From contig CAXXTH010000017.1 in NCBI GenBank assembly GCA_963668025.2, positions 928,001 to 992,000 on the forward strand: 64,000 bases of DNA. The letters run 5' to 3'. Numbering within the stretch: position 1 is the stretch's first letter; the number at the start of each line of letters is the position of its first letter. The DNA is from Candidatus Hydrogenedentota bacterium. GTDB lineage: Bacteria > Hydrogenedentota > Hydrogenedentia > Hydrogenedentales > SLHB01. The position numbers were made by a program, and so were the translations under genes. The notes beneath the pieces are model-generated. The model saw nothing but the letters and a program-made list of their open reading frames with translations. It did no database searches and was not told where the DNA came from. Below, in pieces: positions 1 to 12,308 of the stretch.

Positions 1-683
1 GTCGTGCCGGGGATATCGGTGACGATGGTGCGCTCTTCGTTGAGAATGGCGTTGATGAAAGACGATTTGCCTACGTTAGGCTTGCCGATGACGGCCACTT
101 TGGTGATGATTTCTTCTTCGGCGGATGCTTCGCCTTCCCCTTCCGGCTCTTCAATCGCTTCGCCCTCGGGCAAAGCGGGCAGGTGTTCCAACACGGCAGC
201 CATCAGCTCATCGATGCCCATATTATGGGAGGCGGAGATGGCGTATGGTTCGCCGAGGCCCAGCGAGTAGAATTCGGTGCGGTTTTGTTCGAGCTTGGCG
301 TTATCGAGTTTGTTCACCGCCAGCACCACCGGTTTTCCATACCGGAACAGCTCCGAACACACTTCTTCGTCGACGCGCGTGATTTCCTGCTGGCCATCCA
401 GGACAAACAGGATCACGGTGGCCTCCTCGAGGGCGGCCCGGGCCTGTTCCTGCATTTTATGCGTAATCGGGTCGAGCGGATTCTCGACAATGCCGCCCGT
501 ATCCACGAGGCGGAACCGGCGGCCCTCCCACGCGGCGCTTACGATGAACCGGTCGCGCGTGATGCCTTCCTCTTTATGCACAATGGCGCTTTGCCGGCCC
601 GTGATGCGGTTGAATAGGGTGGATTTGCCCACGTTGGGCCGGCCGCAAATGGCCACCAGGGGCAAACGCCGCAGCTTAGTCAT
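1..683 (-). CDS. der: Ribosome biogenesis GTPase Der/EngA (3' part runs off the window)
   Basis: Minus-strand translation MTKLRRLPLVAICGRPNVGKSTLFN...DTGG...NKLD followed by a second G domain GKPNVGKSS. Not in the ORF track because it is truncated by the window edge. Confidence 0.93.
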   Translation of the reverse strand, partial: MTKLRRLPLVAICGRPNVGKSTLFNRITGRQSAIVHKEEGITRDRFIVSAAWEGRRFRLVDTGGIVENPLDPITHKMQEQARAALEEATVILFVLDGQQEITRVDEEVCSELFRYGKPVVLAVNKLDNAKLEQNRTEFYSLGLGEPYAISASHNMGIDELMAAVLEHLPALPEGEAIEEPEGEGEASAEEEIITKVAVIGKPNVGKSSFINAILNEERTIVTDIPGT

Positions 684-1233
684 GCGAAATATCCTCATTT
701 CCAATTTGTTTGACGCCATCACGTAAATAATCGAAGAACGATACCACGGATACGGCCAGCGTGACATACACCACCAGCAGCGTAAACCGCATATCGAGCA
801 ACACCGCATACACGGTGGCCATTTGAAGCACCGTGTTCAGCTTGCCCGAGAACCGGGGCCGTATATTTACGGGACCGTATAGCTCGTTTATCAAATACGC
901 TCCAATGCTGATAATAACGTCCCGGCTCAGCATAATCACGGGAAACCATGCCGGAATAGGATACGCCAGCTCCCTATTCACCGCTAAGAACACGAAAGCG
1001 ACATTGATAAGCAATTTATCCGCCATCGGATCGAGCACGGCCCCGAGGCGGGTTTTCTGATTATACACCCGGGCCACGAAGCCGTCGAGGCCATCCGATA
1101 CCGACGCCACGATGAACACCGCCAGCGCGGCATACCGGAACACCTGCTCCTCGCGCGTGAACGACATGATCAACACGGCGAACACCGGAATCAATATGAT
1201 ACGCGTAATGGTAATCCGGTTTGCGAGCGTCAT
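676..1233 (-). CDS. pgsA: CDP-alcohol phosphatidyltransferase (PgsA-like)
   Basis: MTLANRITITRI start and the DGLDGFVAR...GAVLDPMADK motif. Overlaps the der start. Confidence 0.8.
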   Translation of the reverse strand: MTLANRITITRIILIPVFAVLIMSFTREEQVFRYAALAVFIVASVSDGLDGFVARVYNQKTRLGAVLDPMADKLLINVAFVFLAVNRELAYPIPAWFPVIMLSRDVIISIGAYLINELYGPVNIRPRFSGKLNTVLQMATVYAVLLDMRFTLLVVYVTLAVSVVSFFDYLRDGVKQIGNEDISHD

Positions 1234-1437
1234 AAAAATCCAGCTCCCCTGGCGATGCGTTACCTGCGCGCTTGCCCCGCTGCACGCCCCTCTAATGTCC
1301 AAATGCCAAGGTATAGATACCATAAAGGAGGGGGATATAAGAAACGGGGGGCGTCAAAAGTGAATTATTATACGATGCAAGGCTGGATAAAAAACGGCGC
1401 ATTGGCGGCATTCATGAAAATCGGTAGAGATGCACCA

Positions 1438-2418
1438 CTAGCGCGCCCCGCTCAAATGGCGCGCCAGCCAGCCGGTGATGGGCTCCATTTCGAAAGAAGG
1501 CTCCTCCACCGCGCCGACGTTCTGGCCAAGGACGGCAGCGATGACAAATGGATCTTTTCGGATTTCCTGGTCGAACCAGTCCAGCCACGCTTCGTATGGT
1601 TCAGGTGCGCCGTTCCCGCCGCTTCCTGTCCATGCGGCATGCACGAGCAACGGCATATCCGCCAGCCTGGGATGGGTGCGCGAGAAATAGTCATAAGCCA
1701 TGCGATAGCGCAAGGAGGTTTCACGCGCTTTCGCGGGGTCCATGGAAAGGTCCGTGGAGTAGGCGGGATATCCCCAGGCTCCATAACAGTGTTTCGCGGC
1801 GTATAGGGCGGGCGCATAGGCGTCCAGTTTCGCTTCCATTTCCTCGAGCGGGCCTGGCGGAATGGCCGTGGTGATGGGGCCGATGCAGGGCCGCAATCCC
1901 ATTTGTGCGATTCGTTTGGCGATGCGCGCATCGAAACGGCCCCGCCAGGCCGCCGATTCGAGCGTTTCCCAGCCGGGTATGCCATCGCACCCGCTTGGCC
2001 CTTCGAGAAAACCAATCAACGCGCGTTCTCCTGGCGCAAGCTTGGCCAGCGCCGGGGCCAGCACCCGGGCAAACCAATCATCGGCGGAGGCTTTTGGATT
2101 GCCTGCAAGCGCATAGCGGATTCCCGTGGCGTTCTCCGTGATGCGCACCACCAACCCGCCTGGGGGATGAAGCCGTTTGTATTCGCTCATTGCGATACGC
2201 TGGCTGGGATTGCGTTGCGGATCGAGCGCCTGGAGGACACGCGGGGCCGCCTCCACCACTTCCTGTGCGCCCGGTGTATAGTCTTCCGCCACATACAGCG
2301 AAAGCTTGCTTTTCGAGAGGAACGGCGAATCTTCTCCACATGCGCAAGGCGATGGTGCATGGGCGCATGCCGCCAGCAGCAGCGCCGCGCCCGACGCGGT
2401 GATGACGCGGAGTCTCAC
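1438..2418 (-). CDS. Hypothetical lipoprotein
   Basis: Likely GTG start at 2418 gives a signal peptide with lipobox LAAC; lies just downstream of the DUF1573 gene. Confidence 0.55.
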   Translation of the reverse strand: MRLRVITASGAALLLAACAHAPSPCACGEDSPFLSKSKLSLYVAEDYTPGAQEVVEAAPRVLQALDPQRNPSQRIAMSEYKRLHPPGGLVVRITENATGIRYALAGNPKASADDWFARVLAPALAKLAPGERALIGFLEGPSGCDGIPGWETLESAAWRGRFDARIAKRIAQMGLRPCIGPITTAIPPGPLEEMEAKLDAYAPALYAAKHCYGAWGYPAYSTDLSMDPAKARETSLRYRMAYDYFSRTHPRLADMPLLVHAAWTGSGGNGAPEPYEAWLDWFDQEIRKDPFVIAAVLGQNVGAVEEPSFEMEPITGWLARHLSGAR

Positions 2419-2431
2419 GTGGAAACGCTCC

Positions 2432-3508
2432 CTACGATTTTTGCTCCGCTGGAACGGCGGCGGCAGGGGGGGCTGTTGATGGGGCGGCGGGATCTGCATT
2501 GGCCGCAAAGGGGATGCCGTCCGCCACGGATTTCGTGTCGGAATGCACGGTGAAATCGATGCGGCCACGCAACTGCCCCTTGGGCGCCGTTTCGGAGATA
2601 CGCACCTCGATCACGAGTTCATTCGGGTTTTGCCCGGGCCGGACATTCGGCTGGACGAGTTCATTGGACGCTTTTAAGCCGTCGATTTGGATAGGCGTAT
2701 CCGCGCAAATCGTCAGCACATTCGGCGAGACTTGCCCCTGCGCGACGCGCCCTAAATTCAGCAAATGATTAGGGGTGATTTTATAGAAGGGAACGACTTG
2801 CCCTTTCACTTGCACGGTAAAACCTTGGGCCATGCGCGCTACATTCGTAAAAAGGCGCACCACGCCTGGCACCTTGCCACGCGCCGCCGTCTCCGACACT
2901 TTCCCTGTGATCCAGTATTCCGCCTTGCCCGGCGAAAGCCATTCGGATTCGGGCCGTTTTTCGAATGTATATATGATATCCTGGTTTGGTGAGGAAAGCG
3001 CTACGCGTTCAATCGCCACTGGCTCTTCGCGTAATTGGCGCAGCAAAATCCGCCGGGTCACGGATTCGCCTTTAGGCACGTCGCCAAAATCAAACAGGCC
3101 CGGCTCCAAACTGAATTCTGGATCAATTTTAGCCGTCATCTTGACCGAGAGCGAGCGCGCGGTCGGATCATCCGTGATTAAAACGATGCTCTTTTGCGCA
3201 TCAAACCCCGCCACTTTTGCCGGATCGAGCTCCACTAACAAGCGGGTCGTAGCTCCTGGCGCAAGCACGTCCTGCTCGATTTTTCCCGATACGCACCCGC
3301 AAGACCCGCGCACGGATTTGATATGCAAATCGGCATCCCCCGTATTCTGGACCGTGGTTTCGCCTTTGGCGATTTGCGTGCCGGGCACCGTGCCCATGTT
3401 AATCTCTCTGGTTCCGGCCACTACCACCGGCCCCGCATAGGCCATGGCGGACGCCAGCAGGCTGAACACCCATATCGGAAGCACATAACGAGGAAGCAGT
3501 ATACGCAT
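2432..3508 (-). CDS. Secreted DUF1573 / Ig-like domain protein
   Basis: Signal peptide, NTGDADLHIKSVRGSCGC motif typical of DUF1573, repeated Ig-like modules. Confidence 0.75.
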   Translation of the reverse strand: MRILLPRYVLPIWVFSLLASAMAYAGPVVVAGTREINMGTVPGTQIAKGETTVQNTGDADLHIKSVRGSCGCVSGKIEQDVLAPGATTRLLVELDPAKVAGFDAQKSIVLITDDPTARSLSVKMTAKIDPEFSLEPGLFDFGDVPKGESVTRRILLRQLREEPVAIERVALSSPNQDIIYTFEKRPESEWLSPGKAEYWITGKVSETAARGKVPGVVRLFTNVARMAQGFTVQVKGQVVPFYKITPNHLLNLGRVAQGQVSPNVLTICADTPIQIDGLKASNELVQPNVRPGQNPNELVIEVRISETAPKGQLRGRIDFTVHSDTKSVADGIPFAANADPAAPSTAPPAAAVPAEQKS

Positions 3509-3739
3509 ACGAATGGACTCCTGAGCAGCTCATTGTCCCGTGCGCCAAAGTGGACCGTATTTATTCCACATTTTTCCGCCTCTTGATGCTATCGGGAAGC
3601 CCAAAAGACGGCCGGGATTGATTGTGCGCCTTGCAGGGCCGCCCATGCAACTCACCCAACCGGCGTGGCAAAAAAAGACTGCAATTGGAAGAAGAAGCCT
3701 TTTTCTTTTTCATGCCGTTGTGTATCATGCATTTCTTGG

Positions 3740-5170
3740 ATGAATGAACGCCTCAAATGGCCCCAAGTTCGAGGCGAGCAGGAGCGGATTGTGCGATTGC
3801 CATTAGTGCCATTATTGCGGGAACTCGACTCGGCCCCCCGCCGTTTTTTGGTTTTTTCCGTATTTAATGTGATCTCATGGCAATGTATTGCCGGTCCCAT
3901 GCTGGTGCTGTTGGGCCGAAAAGTAGGCATGCCCGCCTCCTGGATCGGGATGCTGCTCTCTTTCCTGCCCTTTTCCATGGTGTTGCTCATCGCCACGGTT
4001 CCCTTGATGCATCGTTTTGGGTGCAAACGGCTCATGCTGGCCACGTGGCTCTTGCGGAATCTAGCCGCGTGCCTGGCATTCGCCATGCCTTGGGCCATGG
4101 CTGCCTGGGGCGTACGCGGCGGATGGTATGTGCTGCTGGCGTCCGTGCTGGCGTTTTGCGTGATGCGCGCCGCAGGCGTTGGCGGATGGTTTCCTTGGCT
4201 GCATTCCTTATTGCCGGTGCGGCAGCGTGGGGCCTATTTCAGCGCGGAAGCTTCCGTTGTGCAGATTGTCACGGTTGCCGTGGGGATCATCCAAGCCCAG
4301 TTATTGAGTGGCGACGCCAGCCTGGGGCGTTATCTTTTCGTATACAGCATAGGCGTAGCCGCAGGGATCTTCAGCCTGTTGTTGATGGGCCGGATTCCGT
4401 ACGACGAGAGCATCGAGGTCGAAGCGCAAGAACACGCCGGACTCCGGTCGCATTGGCAAGCGCTGCATGATCGGAATTACATCCACTTTATCGCGAACGC
4501 GGCCGTTTCGTATTTCGCCATGTCTTGGCTCACCTCCATCATGGTGCTCTATATGCGCGATATACTTAATCTTTCCTCGCAATCCATCCTCATCCATACG
4601 TCCATCGGCAGCCTGGCCATTTTGTTGACCATCCGCTCCTGGCAAAAATTCGCGGAGTACAACGGCGATACGGCGGCTATATCCAGTTCACTCGCCGCGA
4701 CGGGATTATCCGCCACCTGTTTTCTCGTATTAATACCTGGTACGACTTGGATCGGCGTGGCGCTGCCGGTGTCGGTGATTTTGGCGTATGTGTTCACGGC
4801 GGCCTACAATATGGCGGTGCAGCGCTCCATGATGAATCTTGTGCCGGAGAGCGAACGCATGGGTTACATGAATGTATGGGTGATTGGCACATCGCTGGCG
4901 CAAGGATGCGCGCCCATTCTCGCTGGCAAGATCATTGATCAATGGGAGCTGGCGGGCTTTCGATTTTGTTTCGCCCTCTCCGCGATATTATCGTTGCTGT
5001 GCGCGTTTGCGGTTCGGTATAAAGCCAGGTCCGAATCGGCTTCGAGTGGAAACATGCTGTATATGTTGAATCCGGCGTTCTCTTTGCGGGGGCTGGCGCG
5101 GATCGCTTGGATCACCATTGGACTCGACAAGAGCAACACGGATACAACCGCGAAGGACACGCGTGAATAA
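3740..5170 (+). CDS. MFS transporter
   Basis: About 12 hydrophobic segments in two halves. Confidence 0.8.
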   Translation: MNERLKWPQVRGEQERIVRLPLVPLLRELDSAPRRFLVFSVFNVISWQCIAGPMLVLLGRKVGMPASWIGMLLSFLPFSMVLLIATVPLMHRFGCKRLMLATWLLRNLAACLAFAMPWAMAAWGVRGGWYVLLASVLAFCVMRAAGVGGWFPWLHSLLPVRQRGAYFSAEASVVQIVTVAVGIIQAQLLSGDASLGRYLFVYSIGVAAGIFSLLLMGRIPYDESIEVEAQEHAGLRSHWQALHDRNYIHFIANAAVSYFAMSWLTSIMVLYMRDILNLSSQSILIHTSIGSLAILLTIRSWQKFAEYNGDTAAISSSLAATGLSATCFLVLIPGTTWIGVALPVSVILAYVFTAAYNMAVQRSMMNLVPESERMGYMNVWVIGTSLAQGCAPILAGKIIDQWELAGFRFCFALSAILSLLCAFAVRYKARSESASSGNMLYMLNPAFSLRGLARIAWITIGLDKSNTDTTAKDTRE

Positions 5171-5445
5171 GGCCGGATTCGGGTGTGGGCCTTCATGCTT
5201 GAAATTAGCCCTGTCGAATGCCCAGGCCACGAGTGAGCACAAGCAAACAACCTTATCCCTCGCTGCGGCGTGAGTAAGGGCTTCTTTGGCCTGTCTATTT
5301 TTGGAGGATTTCGCCTAATTGGAAAAGTCTGTTTCGTTCCGGGCAAGGTCTTTGGTATAATCGCCCCCCTTACGTGGTACGCGCACGCGAAAACCGGCTG
5401 TCGGCCATGCGGCGTGCTTCCCATAACAAAAGAAGGAGCCTACTT

Positions 5446-6408
5446 GTGAAGAGAATACTTGATGCGGGATTGATCCTGGCCTTGCTGCTTACTTTTCTGC
5501 CCGCTTGCGCGCAGGAAGCCGCGCCACCCGCGCCACCGCCAGCCGCTGCCGCCGCTGATCCCGCCACTGATCCCGCCGCTGCCGCCACACCAGAAACGTC
5601 TTCGGCCTCAGTTGACTTCGCTAACGATGATGAGAAAATTAGCTATCTCATGGGAGCCGATATGGGGGCAAGATTCGGCAAATACGGCTTTACGATTAGC
5701 CCTGAAAAATTCATGAAAGGTTTTGAAGATGGGAAAGCAGGCAATCCGCCAGCCTTCTCGAATGAAGAACAGCAAAAACTCGGGATGGATTTTAAGGCCC
5801 GCATCGGCACCAAGCAGAAGGAAGAACAAAAGAAACTGGCGGATGAGAATATCGTGAAGGCCAATGAGTTCCTCGAAAAAAATAAGGCCGCGGAAGGCGT
5901 CGTCACGCTGCCCAGCGGATTACAATATAAAGTGCTCACGGACGGCACGGGCGAAATACCAAAAACCACCGATAAAGTGGAAGTGAATTACAGAGGCACG
6001 TTGGTTGATGGCACGGAGTTTGACAGCTCCTATAAGCGGAACAAGCCATTCGCCACGGCGGTCAACAAGGACGTCATCAAAGGCTGGCAAGAAGCGCTGC
6101 AATTGATGAAAGTCGGCTCGAAGTGGCAGTTGTTCGTCCCGCCGGCGCTTGCCTATGGCGAGCGGGGCAACCGCGGCATTCCTCCCAATTCGGCGCTTAT
6201 TTTTGAAATAGAAATGCTGCGAATCGTTCCGCCAGAGGAGAGCGCGCCCAAAGCTGGTCCGAATATGAATCCGAACGTGCAAGTCGTTCCGTCTCCCACG
6301 ACTGTAGCGCCCGGCGTACCGGCTGCACCGGCTGTTGCACCGGCAACCCCGGCTACTGCACCCGCTGCACCTGCTGCTGCACCGGCTGCACCCGCGCCTG
6401 CGCAATAA
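5446..6408 (+). CDS. FKBP-type peptidyl-prolyl isomerase (FkpA/Mip family)
   Basis: AGGAG RBS before GTG; signal peptide; SGLQYKVL, YRGTLVDGTEFDSS, VIKGWQEAL, PPALAYG motifs; Ala/Pro-rich tails. Confidence 0.92.
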   Translation: MKRILDAGLILALLLTFLPACAQEAAPPAPPPAAAAADPATDPAAAATPETSSASVDFANDDEKISYLMGADMGARFGKYGFTISPEKFMKGFEDGKAGNPPAFSNEEQQKLGMDFKARIGTKQKEEQKKLADENIVKANEFLEKNKAAEGVVTLPSGLQYKVLTDGTGEIPKTTDKVEVNYRGTLVDGTEFDSSYKRNKPFATAVNKDVIKGWQEALQLMKVGSKWQLFVPPALAYGERGNRGIPPNSALIFEIEMLRIVPPEESAPKAGPNMNPNVQVVPSPTTVAPGVPAAPAVAPATPATAPAAPAAAPAAPAPAQ

Positions 6409-6423
6409 TACGAGTTGTACAGT

Positions 6424-6471
6424 AAAGGGGGAAAGCAGCCGAATCCGGGCTTGCTTTCCCCTTTATCTTTT
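6424..6471. terminator. Intrinsic terminator between convergent genes
   Basis: AAAGGGGGAAAGCAGCC-loop-GGCTTGCTTTCCCCTTT hairpin followed by a T-rich tail. Confidence 0.7.
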
Positions 6472-6478
6472 CGGTCTT

Positions 6479-6874
6479 CTACCAAACAGCGTATTCCGCC
6501 GGCCTGGCAATATAGAACAACAGCGCGACACCGATATAGACAATCCCCAGCAAACGGTGGGGCGTATTGCCTTTCGCCAGCCAGGCTTCATTGAGCACAA
6601 TCATGGGCTCGGGCAGGAGCAAGTTCACCCCGCCCGCCAATACGTGCGCGAGCACCATGGCCTCGAAGAAGAGATCTTTCCAGCCCGCCCCTTCTTTGAA
6701 GAAAAACAGCATCAACGCCAGCGCCACCAGCGCCGTCCCGAACATGCGCACCTTGCGAGGATGCGTTAATGCCGTGATAAAGCGCCGTTCTATTGCCGTG
6801 AACGCCACGCTCGATACGCCGAGCAGGCCATACATCAAGATAAAGGCCCAATCCACCATTAGCGCGAGAACCAT
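6479..6874 (-). CDS. Small integral membrane protein
   Basis: 131 aa with about four hydrophobic helices. Confidence 0.6.
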   Translation of the reverse strand: MVLALMVDWAFILMYGLLGVSSVAFTAIERRFITALTHPRKVRMFGTALVALALMLFFFKEGAGWKDLFFEAMVLAHVLAGGVNLLLPEPMIVLNEAWLAKGNTPHRLLGIVYIGVALLFYIARPAEYAVW

Positions 6875-7030
6875 ATGCTACGCCCTTTCTTATTCCCGGC
6901 CTGTGCTTGTTGGTTGATTATAAAATCCCCGTGCAGGTGAAACAATGAGTGGAACCATGCCGTATCCTTGGGGTTTAAAAGAACGGCAGCCGAACCTGCA
7001 AATGGAAACGAATGAAAAGGAGCAAGTAGC

Positions 7031-7693
7031 ATGCATAGGCAATCCCGTATCTATTGGTGCGTATCCGTGATGATTCTGGCGCTTGCGGCCTGGGGCATTC
7101 CCGCATGGGCGCAGCCTGCCGAAACCGGCCAGGAAACAAAATATGCTGGCCCCGCCAAAGCGGACGCCAATGGCGACAATCAAGTCACTTTTGATGAACT
7201 CAAGGCCGTGCGCACCGATTTGACCCAAGAGCAGTTCAACAAAATGGACACCAACAGTGATGGCGTACTGACGCAAGCTGACCGGCCAGATCCCGCAAAA
7301 CGCCGGGAAGCGTTCATGGCGAAACTATGGGAAGCGGATGCAGACTCGAACGGGCAAATCTCATTCGAGGAACTCAAGGCCAAGATGCCCAATCTCACCC
7401 AGGAACGGTTCAATAGAATGGACGCCAATGGCGATGGCGTTATCACCAAGGCGGATCACGAGGCCGCCCGCGAATCGGTTATGAAGGCGGACGCCAATGG
7501 CGACAAGCAAGTCTCATTTGATGAGCTCAAGGCGGTTCGGACCCAATTGACGCAGGAGCAATTCAACAAAATGGACCGGAATAGCGATGGCGTGCTGACT
7601 GCGGCGGATGTGCAGCGCCCAGCCCCCAGTGAAGTCAAGGGCGTGGAGGAAAAAGCCAAGAAAACCGCCAGCGAGGATAAACCGGCGTCATGA
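7031..7693 (+). CDS. Secreted EF-hand repeat protein
   Basis: Signal peptide; six DxNxDG-type loops; internal duplication of KADANGDxQVxFDELKAVRTxLTQEQFNKMD. Confidence 0.85.
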   Translation: MHRQSRIYWCVSVMILALAAWGIPAWAQPAETGQETKYAGPAKADANGDNQVTFDELKAVRTDLTQEQFNKMDTNSDGVLTQADRPDPAKRREAFMAKLWEADADSNGQISFEELKAKMPNLTQERFNRMDANGDGVITKADHEAARESVMKADANGDKQVSFDELKAVRTQLTQEQFNKMDRNSDGVLTAADVQRPAPSEVKGVEEKAKKTASEDKPAS

Positions 7694-7721
7694 TAGGCCG
7701 CATGTTTTCCTTATAATCGAG

Positions 7722-7792
7722 CGTGGCATGGTCGTCCCGCCCATGAAGTAAGCGCTTCAGCCATTGTTTCATGGGTGGGACGCCATGCGACG
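7722..7792. repeat. REP-like palindrome doublet, CGTAGCATGGGCGTC(T/C)CGCCCATG family
   Basis: Same family recurs at 18234-18257, 23355-23404 and 61068-61116. Confidence 0.65.
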
Positions 7793-7802
7793 GGAATGAA
7801 TG

Positions 7803-7840
7803 AAAAACCGCCCCTGGGCCGTGAAGCGCAGGGGCGGTTT
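7803..7840 (-). terminator. groEL intrinsic terminator
   Basis: AAACCGCCCCTG-loop-CAGGGGCGGTTT hairpin; the A-run gives a U-tail on the minus strand. Confidence 0.8.
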
Positions 7841-7863
7841 GGCATTGTATGGAGTTTAGCGGC

Positions 7864-9498
<1,635 letters not shown>

Positions 9499-9573
9499 TT
9501 ATCCTCCATATTGCTCCTTATGCGGAGCGTGTCACCACCGACCATATCACTGAATAACCGCCGGGGTTTCAAT

Positions 9574-9861
9574 TTATTCGATGATCGCCAAGACATCGTC
9601 TTCGCGCATGATGATGTGCTCGATGCCGTCAATCTTCACTTCCGTACCCGCATATTTGCCCATGAGGATACGGTCGCCTTTTTTCACTTCGAGAGCTACG
9701 CGCTTGCCGTCTTCATCCAGTTTGCCAGGGCCGACTTCAACGACGCGGCCTTCTTGCGGCTTCTCTTTTGCGGTGTCCGGAATAATGATCCCGCCGCGAA
9801 CGGTCTCGCTCGGTTCTTCACGCTTCACCAAAATTCTATCTGCAAGCGGACGAACTTTCAT
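9574..9861 (-). CDS. groES: Co-chaperonin GroES
   Basis: [12 protein letters not shown]...[16 protein letters not shown]. Confidence 0.99.
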   Translation of the reverse strand: MKVRPLADRILVKREEPSETVRGGIIIPDTAKEKPQEGRVVEVGPGKLDEDGKRVALEVKKGDRILMGKYAGTEVKIDGIEHIIMREDDVLAIIE

Positions 9862-10005
9862 GGTCTACCTCCTGTTAGCGGCGCGCTGATGTGATACCAG
9901 CTTCGCCTGTCAGTTTGCTGTTTATTGTTATTGCCATTTTGACATATTCAGAACGCGAAAAGCAACTGTTTCGTGGCCGTTCCGCGCCTGAATGCACTTT
10001 TATAA

Positions 10006-10022
10006 AGCAAAGGGCATGCCAA
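10006..10022 (-). promoter_or_regulatory. Sigma54 (-24/-12) promoter of groESL
   Basis: Minus strand reads TTGGCATGCCCTTTGCT, matching TGGCAY-N5-TTGCW with correct spacing. Confidence 0.7.
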
Positions 10023-10181
10023 GTTGGTTGTCGTATATATAAAAGCTTGTAATATAATATGTTACGTAAATTTTTATGCGTTCGCTCCTCGGAGTGAAAA
10101 AGTGGCGTTTTGCCCATTTGGCATGCTTCCTTCCGATAAATCCGCAATCGAGGGGTATTGTCCTGCCAAAATGGCATGATA

Positions 10182-10208
10182 GTAGCACTCCTTATAATTG
10201 AGTGCCAA
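10182..10208. promoter_or_regulatory. CIRCE (HrcA operator)
   Basis: GTAGCACTC-N9-GAGTGCCAA versus consensus TTAGCACTC-N9-GAGTGCTAA, upstream of groES. Confidence 0.8.
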
Positions 10209-10371
10209 GGCGAAGGCGCACAACACGTCCCGCCAGCCGCGAAATCTCCACGCATCCCGTGCTCATGAAATCCTAACTTCTTCTAAATGAAACAGTTATA
10301 TCATGCTCGCGTTGATTTGCGGCTTTAGAAATGATCCGCGCCATCGCTCGCGAAAAAGGATACCCCATACC

Positions 10372-11574
10372 ATGATGTCCATCTCGGAGAAAACAAGCGC
10401 CGCCCTGTTTAGTTATGTGCATGGCAATAATCTGGTCTACAACACCTGCTGGGAAGACCCCCGGATTGACCGCGTGGCCCTCGAGTTAACGCCGGATGAC
10501 ACGGTGGCCGTGATCACCTCGGCGGGCTGCAATGTGCTCGATTACGCCCTCGAACAGCCCAAGCATATCTACGCCATCGATATGAATTACCGGCAGAATG
10601 CTTTGCTTGAGCTTAAAATGGCGGGCATCCGCCACCTCGAGTTTGATGAATTTTTCCAACTGTTCGGCCGGGGCCGCATGCCCGGCTTCCGCGAACTCTA
10701 CCGCAGCCGTCTTCGCTACGCCCTGCCGCCCGCGGCGCAGGTGTATTGGGATGACCATCTCTATTTCTTCGAGGAGTCGGGCCGCCGTTCGAGTTTTTAT
10801 TTTCATGGCACTTCGGGTTTATTCGCATGGCTCATCAACGTGTATCTGAACCGCCGCCCCGGCCTGCGCGACGGGGTGAACGCCTTGCTGAACGCCCAAT
10901 GCATCGAGGAACAGCAGGAGGTTTACTTCGGATGGCTGCACAAGGCCTTCTGGAACCGCTTCATTCGGTGGGCCGTGGGGCGCGATGCGTCGCTGTCGCT
11001 CTTGGGCGTGCCGCAGGCCCAGCGCCGCCAGGTCGAGCGCCATTATGAAGGCGGCATCGCCCGCTTCATCGAGGACTGCGTCGAGGCGGTCTTCGCATAC
11101 CTGCCCCTGGGCGACAATTATTTCTGGCGCGTCTACCTCACGGGCGAATACGCCGGGGCGTGTTGTCCCGAATACTTGAAAGAAGACAATTTCCATGCCC
11201 TCAAAAACGGCCTCGTGGACCGCGTAAGCGTCCATACCGACACCATGCAAGGCTTCCTGCGTTCTAATGACGTAGCCATCTCGCGCTATGTCCTTCTCGA
11301 CCATATGGACTGGCTCAGCGCCCACCGCATTGCCGCCCTCGAGGAGGAATGGCAGGCGATTATCGAGCGCGCCGCGCCGCGCGCCCGCATTCTTTGGCGC
11401 AGCGGCGGGCTTCATGTGGACTTTGTGGATCCCATCCGGGTGCGGGTGGGCGGCGAGGAGGCGCGCCTCGGTGAACTGCTGGCCTACCGCTCCGAGTTGG
11501 CCGCCGAACTGCATGCCCGCGACCGGGTCCACACCTACGGCAGTTTCTATATCGCCGATTTGGCGGCGGGGTGA
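10372..11574 (+). CDS. btaA: SAM:diacylglycerol 3-amino-3-carboxypropyltransferase (BtaA, DUF3419)
   Basis: [48 protein letters not shown] motifs. Confidence 0.88.
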   Translation: MMSISEKTSAALFSYVHGNNLVYNTCWEDPRIDRVALELTPDDTVAVITSAGCNVLDYALEQPKHIYAIDMNYRQNALLELKMAGIRHLEFDEFFQLFGRGRMPGFRELYRSRLRYALPPAAQVYWDDHLYFFEESGRRSSFYFHGTSGLFAWLINVYLNRRPGLRDGVNALLNAQCIEEQQEVYFGWLHKAFWNRFIRWAVGRDASLSLLGVPQAQRRQVERHYEGGIARFIEDCVEAVFAYLPLGDNYFWRVYLTGEYAGACCPEYLKEDNFHALKNGLVDRVSVHTDTMQGFLRSNDVAISRYVLLDHMDWLSAHRIAALEEEWQAIIERAAPRARILWRSGGLHVDFVDPIRVRVGGEEARLGELLAYRSELAAELHARDRVHTYGSFYIADLAAG

Positions 11575-12308
11575 ACGCCATGGCGCTGCTGGGCGATCTT
11601 AAAATCCTGCTCCACATGGCCTTGTCATCGAACCGGGGGGAAACCCATGCCGGGCGTATGGAAGGCTTCTATCGCGGCCAGGCCGAAGGCTACGACGATT
11701 TCCGCCGCCGCTTGCTGCAAGGCCGCGCGGAGTTGTTCGCCGCCTTGGATGTGCCTGAAAACACTATCTGGGCCGATATGGGCGGCGGCACCGGTTCGAG
11801 CCTCGAATTCATGGGGGACAAATTGTCCCGCATGCGCAAAACCTATATCGTGGATCTCGCCCCTTCGTTGCTCGAAATGGCGGGCCAGCGCGTGGCGGCC
11901 CATGGATGGAACCATGTCGAGGCCGTCGAGGCCGACGCCACCCGTTTCGCGCCCGAGGCGGGCCAGCTTGGCCTGGTGACATTTTCCTATTCGCTTACAA
12001 TGATTCCCGATTGGTTCGCCGCCATAGACCACGCTCTCGAATTGCTCGAACCAGGCGGCCTCATTGGGGTAGTGGATTTCTATGTGTCCCGCAAGCATCC
12101 CGTTGAAGGATTCACGCGCCACGGCTGGGCCACGCGCAGCTTATGGCCCATCTGGTTCGCCCGCGACAACGTGTTTCCCAGCTCCGAGCATCTGCCTTAT
12201 CTGCACGCCAGATTCGAGCCTCTCCTTTGCATCGAGCGCCTTGCCCGCGTTCCATACCTGCCAGGCTTCCGCACGCCGTACTATCTATTCATCGGGCGAA
12301 AACGCTGA
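11571..12308 (+). CDS. btaB: Class I SAM methyltransferase, BtaB-like (betaine lipid synthesis)
   Basis: [28 protein letters not shown]; translationally coupled to btaA. Confidence 0.82.
   Translation: MNAMALLGDLKILLHMALSSNRGETHAGRMEGFYRGQAEGYDDFRRRLLQGRAELFAALDVPENTIWADMGGGTGSSLEFMGDKLSRMRKTYIVDLAPSLLEMAGQRVAAHGWNHVEAVEADATRFAPEAGQLGLVTFSYSLTMIPDWFAAIDHALELLEPGGLIGVVDFYVSRKHPVEGFTRHGWATRSLWPIWFARDNVFPSSEHLPYLHARFEPLLCIERLARVPYLPGFRTPYYLFIGRKR

Noticed and set aside
6300-6405. Tandem GCACCGGCT-like repeats
   Set aside because: They encode the Ala/Pro low-complexity tail of the FKBP protein.
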